DNA from: Desulfatiglandales bacterium
Lineage (GTDB): Bacteria > Desulfobacterota > DSM-4660 > Desulfatiglandales > Desulfatiglandaceae
Assembly: GCA_963662465.1 (NCBI GenBank)
Contig: OY759599.1
Location: 1,504,001 to 1,568,000, forward strand
Length of the DNA: 64,000 nt
Reading direction: 5' to 3'
Shown: piece after piece, positions 60,940 through 64,000 of the stretch
Layout: every line of letters starts with the position of its first letter
Numbering within the stretch: the first letter of the stretch is position 1
Made by a program: the position numbers and the translations under genes
Notes under the pieces: generated by a model
The model's database searches: none
The model's input: only the letters and a program-made list of their open reading frames with translations
Told to the model about the DNA's origin: nothing

Positions 60940-61527
60940 TTATCCCTCGGTTGGGTTGGAAGCGCCATTCACCCACCAGTCCGTATCGTCGTCAAACCAC
61001 CATGCATCGCTTTTGGATGCCATAATTTCACGGCCCAATGCTTTTCCGCTTTCGGTGCATAATCGCTTTAGCGCAAATACCAGCCATTCTTTGGCATGGG
61101 GGTTGCCTAAATCCTGTTGCCCTTTCAATTCCAGAATAAGATCCAGTTGATCCGCATCCTTTGAAATCCTGGCTTCCAGGGTGTCGGCGGCGTTGAACTC
61201 ATGGGTTAATACGACAATATCATTTCCAAAAGGCAGATCTCGGGTCTGGTCTAAAATCGCCTTTTCCTCGTTGACCATTACATACTTTTTATTGACATAA
61301 TTATGATCCCCCGTCCTGGCTTCCGGCAGATCATGGAACAAACACATGCGAACGGTTTTGTCAATATCCGCTCCCTTTTCCATGGTGGCCAGGACATACC
61401 CCAGGATGGTCGTCCTAAAGGAGTGATCGGCCACGGATTCAGCACCGGAGCCAAGAAACTGGTATCCGGTTCGGGGCGTCTTTTTCAGCATACCCGCTTC
61501 AAACAAAAATTCTACAGTGCGCTTCAT
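60940..61527 (-). CDS. HD-domain hydrolase (HDDC2/YfbR-like)
   Basis: 'LKKTPRTGY', 'ESVADHS', 'FHDLPEARTGD', 'DADQLD'. Confidence 0.88.
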   Translation of the reverse strand: MKRTVEFLFEAGMLKKTPRTGYQFLGSGAESVADHSFRTTILGYVLATMEKGADIDKTVRMCLFHDLPEARTGDHNYVNKKYVMVNEEKAILDQTRDLPFGNDIVVLTHEFNAADTLEARISKDADQLDLILELKGQQDLGNPHAKEWLVFALKRLCTESGKALGREIMASKSDAWWFDDDTDWWVNGASNPTEG

Positions 61528-61626
61528 CTTGATTTATCCTGACAATATGTTTAGTATGGGGCAATCTTATAGATCACTTGGGATTCAAAATCAATCTGTA
61601 ACTCGAATAAATGGTTATCATCACAT

Positions 61627-62145
61627 ATGGAACATGAAATGTCTGACATGAGAATATATACTTATCCGGATTCGGTACTGAAAACGCCCGCGGAACCGAT
61701 ACAAAATATTGACGAAGAACTGCAGCTCCTCATCGATCAAATGATTGAGACTATGTATTTGGCCCCGGGCATTGGTTTGGCGGCCAATCAGGTGGGCGTG
61801 CTTAAAAGAGTCATTGTCTTTGACGGTTCTCCGAGGGAAGAGGAGCAAAACCCCCTGGCGTTGATAAATCCGGAAATTGTTGAAAGCGAAGGCGCCATTA
61901 AATGGGATGAAGCCTGCCTCAGCGTTCCTGATTATTCCGCGGAAGTTGTCCGAAATGCCCGGGTGCAGGTGAAAGGGATTGACAGACGCGGCAATCCCTT
62001 CAGTCTGGAAGCTGAAGAACTGCTGGCCGTATGCTTGCAACACGAAATCGATCACCTGAAAGGGATTCTCTTCATCGATCATATCAGCAGCCTGAAACGT
62101 GCGCTGTACAAAAAGAAACGCAAGAAAAAACAAAAAGGTAATTGA
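61627..62145 (+). CDS. def: Peptide deformylase
   Basis: 'GIGLAANQ', 'EACLS', 'QHEIDH'. Confidence 0.97.
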   Translation: MEHEMSDMRIYTYPDSVLKTPAEPIQNIDEELQLLIDQMIETMYLAPGIGLAANQVGVLKRVIVFDGSPREEEQNPLALINPEIVESEGAIKWDEACLSVPDYSAEVVRNARVQVKGIDRRGNPFSLEAEELLAVCLQHEIDHLKGILFIDHISSLKRALYKKKRKKKQKGN

Positions 62146-62149
62146 GTAA

Positions 62150-63121
62150 ATGATCGAACATGAATCGCGCCCGTTGCCGGCTCGACCGGGGATCATATTC
62201 ATGGGCACGCCGTATTTTGCCTTGCCTTCACTGGAAGCCTTGGCAGCCCATGGACATCGTATTCAGGCGGTGGTGACGCAGCCGGACAGACCCAGGGGAA
62301 GAAGCAAGAAACTTGTCGCATCCCCGGTAAAGCAGGCGGCGGAACGGTTGGGCATGGAAGTCCTTCAGCCGGAAAGGGCATCGGATCCGTCGTTCTGCGA
62401 GGTCATCCGCGAAATTGCGCCCGATATCCTGGTGGTAATTGCCTTCGGACAGGTCTTGTCTCAAGATTTTTTGGATATCCCTGTGTGGGGGGGGCTGAAC
62501 ATCCATGCCTCCCTGTTGCCCAGATATCGAGGGGCCGCCCCCATTCAGAGAGCCGTTATGAACGGGGAAACTGAAACCGGAATTACGGCCATGCGCATGG
62601 CGCAGGGGCTCGATACGGGTCCCATTCTGCTGCAACAAAAGACACCCATCGGCGCCCATGAAACAGCCGGTGAACTTCATGATCGGCTCGCCGACTTATC
62701 CGCTCCCTTCCTTCTTAAAACCCTTCAACTTCTGCTGGATCATCAAATCCATGAAATGCCCCAGAATGACGCTCAATCTACTTATGCCGCAAAGATCGAC
62801 CGGACAACCGGTCGCATTTCGTGGGACCTGCCCGCGGACCATGTCTCCGCGCTGATTCGAGGTCTGGATCCATGGCCGGGGGCGCAGACAACGCTTAACG
62901 GTAAAACATTGAAGCTGTTTTCATCCCGGGTGGCGGAAACCAGCTGCTCGGGCACAGTCCCCGGAAGGGTCAAGGGTCATTTGGAGGAAGGACTTCTGGT
63001 GGAAACGGGGGACGGCGTTATTCTGGTAAAGGCATTGCAGCTTGCCGGTAAAAAACGCTTGCGGGTCTCGGATTTTCTACGGGGTTTTCCCTTGAATCCG
63101 GGAACGCTTTTGGGACGATAA
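62150..63121 (+). CDS. fmt: Methionyl-tRNA formyltransferase
   Basis: 'FMGTP', 'TQPDRP', 'NIHASLLPRYRGAAPI', 'LDTG'. Confidence 0.97.
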   Translation: MIEHESRPLPARPGIIFMGTPYFALPSLEALAAHGHRIQAVVTQPDRPRGRSKKLVASPVKQAAERLGMEVLQPERASDPSFCEVIREIAPDILVVIAFGQVLSQDFLDIPVWGGLNIHASLLPRYRGAAPIQRAVMNGETETGITAMRMAQGLDTGPILLQQKTPIGAHETAGELHDRLADLSAPFLLKTLQLLLDHQIHEMPQNDAQSTYAAKIDRTTGRISWDLPADHVSALIRGLDPWPGAQTTLNGKTLKLFSSRVAETSCSGTVPGRVKGHLEEGLLVETGDGVILVKALQLAGKKRLRVSDFLRGFPLNPGTLLGR

Positions 63122-63122
63122 T

Positions 63123-63950
63123 ATGAAAGATTCTGAGACCCAGGACCGCAAAATGCCTGAAGGCAAACTCACACAAGAACGGATCGACCTTGGCACATTT
63201 CGCAGACCCAAAAAACGGGTCTTCATCTTTCTTCTGCTGGCAACCTGCTTGCTTCTCCTCGGCGTTGCGTTTCTGCTGTGGTGGGTACCCTATGTGGGCC
63301 TGGCCAATATTCATGAATTTCTGCCGCTGATTCTGGCTGTTGTATTGGGCGGCGTTGTACTTGTGAGCCTTGGGGCTTGTCTTACCCTGGTGTTTACCAT
63401 CATCAGGGGGAAAAACCTCTTTTTCAACCGTCGCATCAGAGGGGTGGTCATTCGGGTGCTTTTCCCCTTGCTGGTGGGTGTCGGCAAGTGTTTCGGCATT
63501 CAAAAATCGGAGATCAGAAGATCCTTTGTGGCCATTAATAACCAATTGGTAATGGCCGAAGCCCAAAAGGTCAAACCGGAAAAGATGCTGATCCTTCTAC
63601 CCCATTGTCTGCAGAATCATAATTGCGCCGTAAGAATCACCGGAAATGTGCAAAATTGCAAGGCCTGCGGAAAATGTAAAATAAAGGATCTGGCGGCACT
63701 TTCGGACAAATACCACGTGCATGTGGCCGTGGCCACCGGCGGCACCCTGGCGCGAAAAATTGTTGTAGACAAACGCCCTAAAATTATCATTGCGGTGGCC
63801 TGTGAACGGGATCTCACCAGCGGCATTCAGGACGCTTATCCCATTCCCGTTTTCGGCATCTTTAACCGTCGACCTTTCGGACCCTGTTATGACACGGATG
63901 TGGATATCGATCTTGTGGAAAAAGGGTTAAAATCCTTTCTGGACGACTGA
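63123..63950 (+). CDS. DUF116 domain protein
   Basis: 'LLPHCLQ..C', 'CKACGKC', 'ATGG', 'AVACERDL'. Confidence 0.88.
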   Translation: MKDSETQDRKMPEGKLTQERIDLGTFRRPKKRVFIFLLLATCLLLLGVAFLLWWVPYVGLANIHEFLPLILAVVLGGVVLVSLGACLTLVFTIIRGKNLFFNRRIRGVVIRVLFPLLVGVGKCFGIQKSEIRRSFVAINNQLVMAEAQKVKPEKMLILLPHCLQNHNCAVRITGNVQNCKACGKCKIKDLAALSDKYHVHVAVATGGTLARKIVVDKRPKIIIAVACERDLTSGIQDAYPIPVFGIFNRRPFGPCYDTDVDIDLVEKGLKSFLDD

Positions 63951-63956
63951 CCTATC

Positions 63957-64000
63957 ATGTCAAGAAATCTTGCCTTAAACGCGCTGAACAACGCTGAGAA
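63957..64000 (+). CDS. Start of next gene, possibly RsmB/Sun (truncated by window)
   Basis: ATG gives MSRNLALNALNNAE; identity rests on usual def-fmt-sun synteny only. Confidence 0.35.
   Translation, partial: MSRNLALNALNNAE

Noticed and set aside
1..64000. CRISPR array, rRNA, intact prophage
   Set aside because: No regularly spaced 25-45 bp repeats, rRNA-like sequence or phage structural genes seen

Overview
64 kb of bacterial chromosome whose gene content (cooT, long-form hisG, DUF1538/P-II cluster, def-fmt-DUF116) suggests a Desulfobacterota-like deltaproteobacterium; this assignment is an inference. Housekeeping blocks occupy about 1-10 kb (SulP, engB, aminotransferase, hisG, hisI, hemL, acyl-CoA ligase) and about 36.4-64 kb (sirtuin, cooT, two-component genes, der, RND pump, aminopeptidase, RNA methyltransferase, DnaJ-class protein, def, fmt). 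Between them are two accessory regions. (i) A minus-strand ion-transport cluster at 12.3-20.7 kb: archaeal-type (DacZ/CdaZ-like) diadenylate cyclase, P-type ATPase, two DUF1538 membrane proteins, a P-II-like protein and an RCK-domain K+ channel, a candidate c-di-AMP-controlled module. (ii) An AT-richer decayed island at about 20.9-36.3 kb next to tRNA-Arg(UCU). The island holds an IS91-family element with resolvable ends whose transposase appears inverted relative to ori/ter, an IS200, a broken flagellin with a repeat-domain insert, and a large IS21-family element with ParB-like and other accessory genes and CTT termini. That IS21 is itself interrupted by a DUF4338-fused, frameshifting ISAs1 with a 10-bp target duplication. 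Internally deleted 'skeleton' genes recur across the window. No CRISPR array or rRNA was seen. All family calls come from motif recognition by eye; no searches were run.
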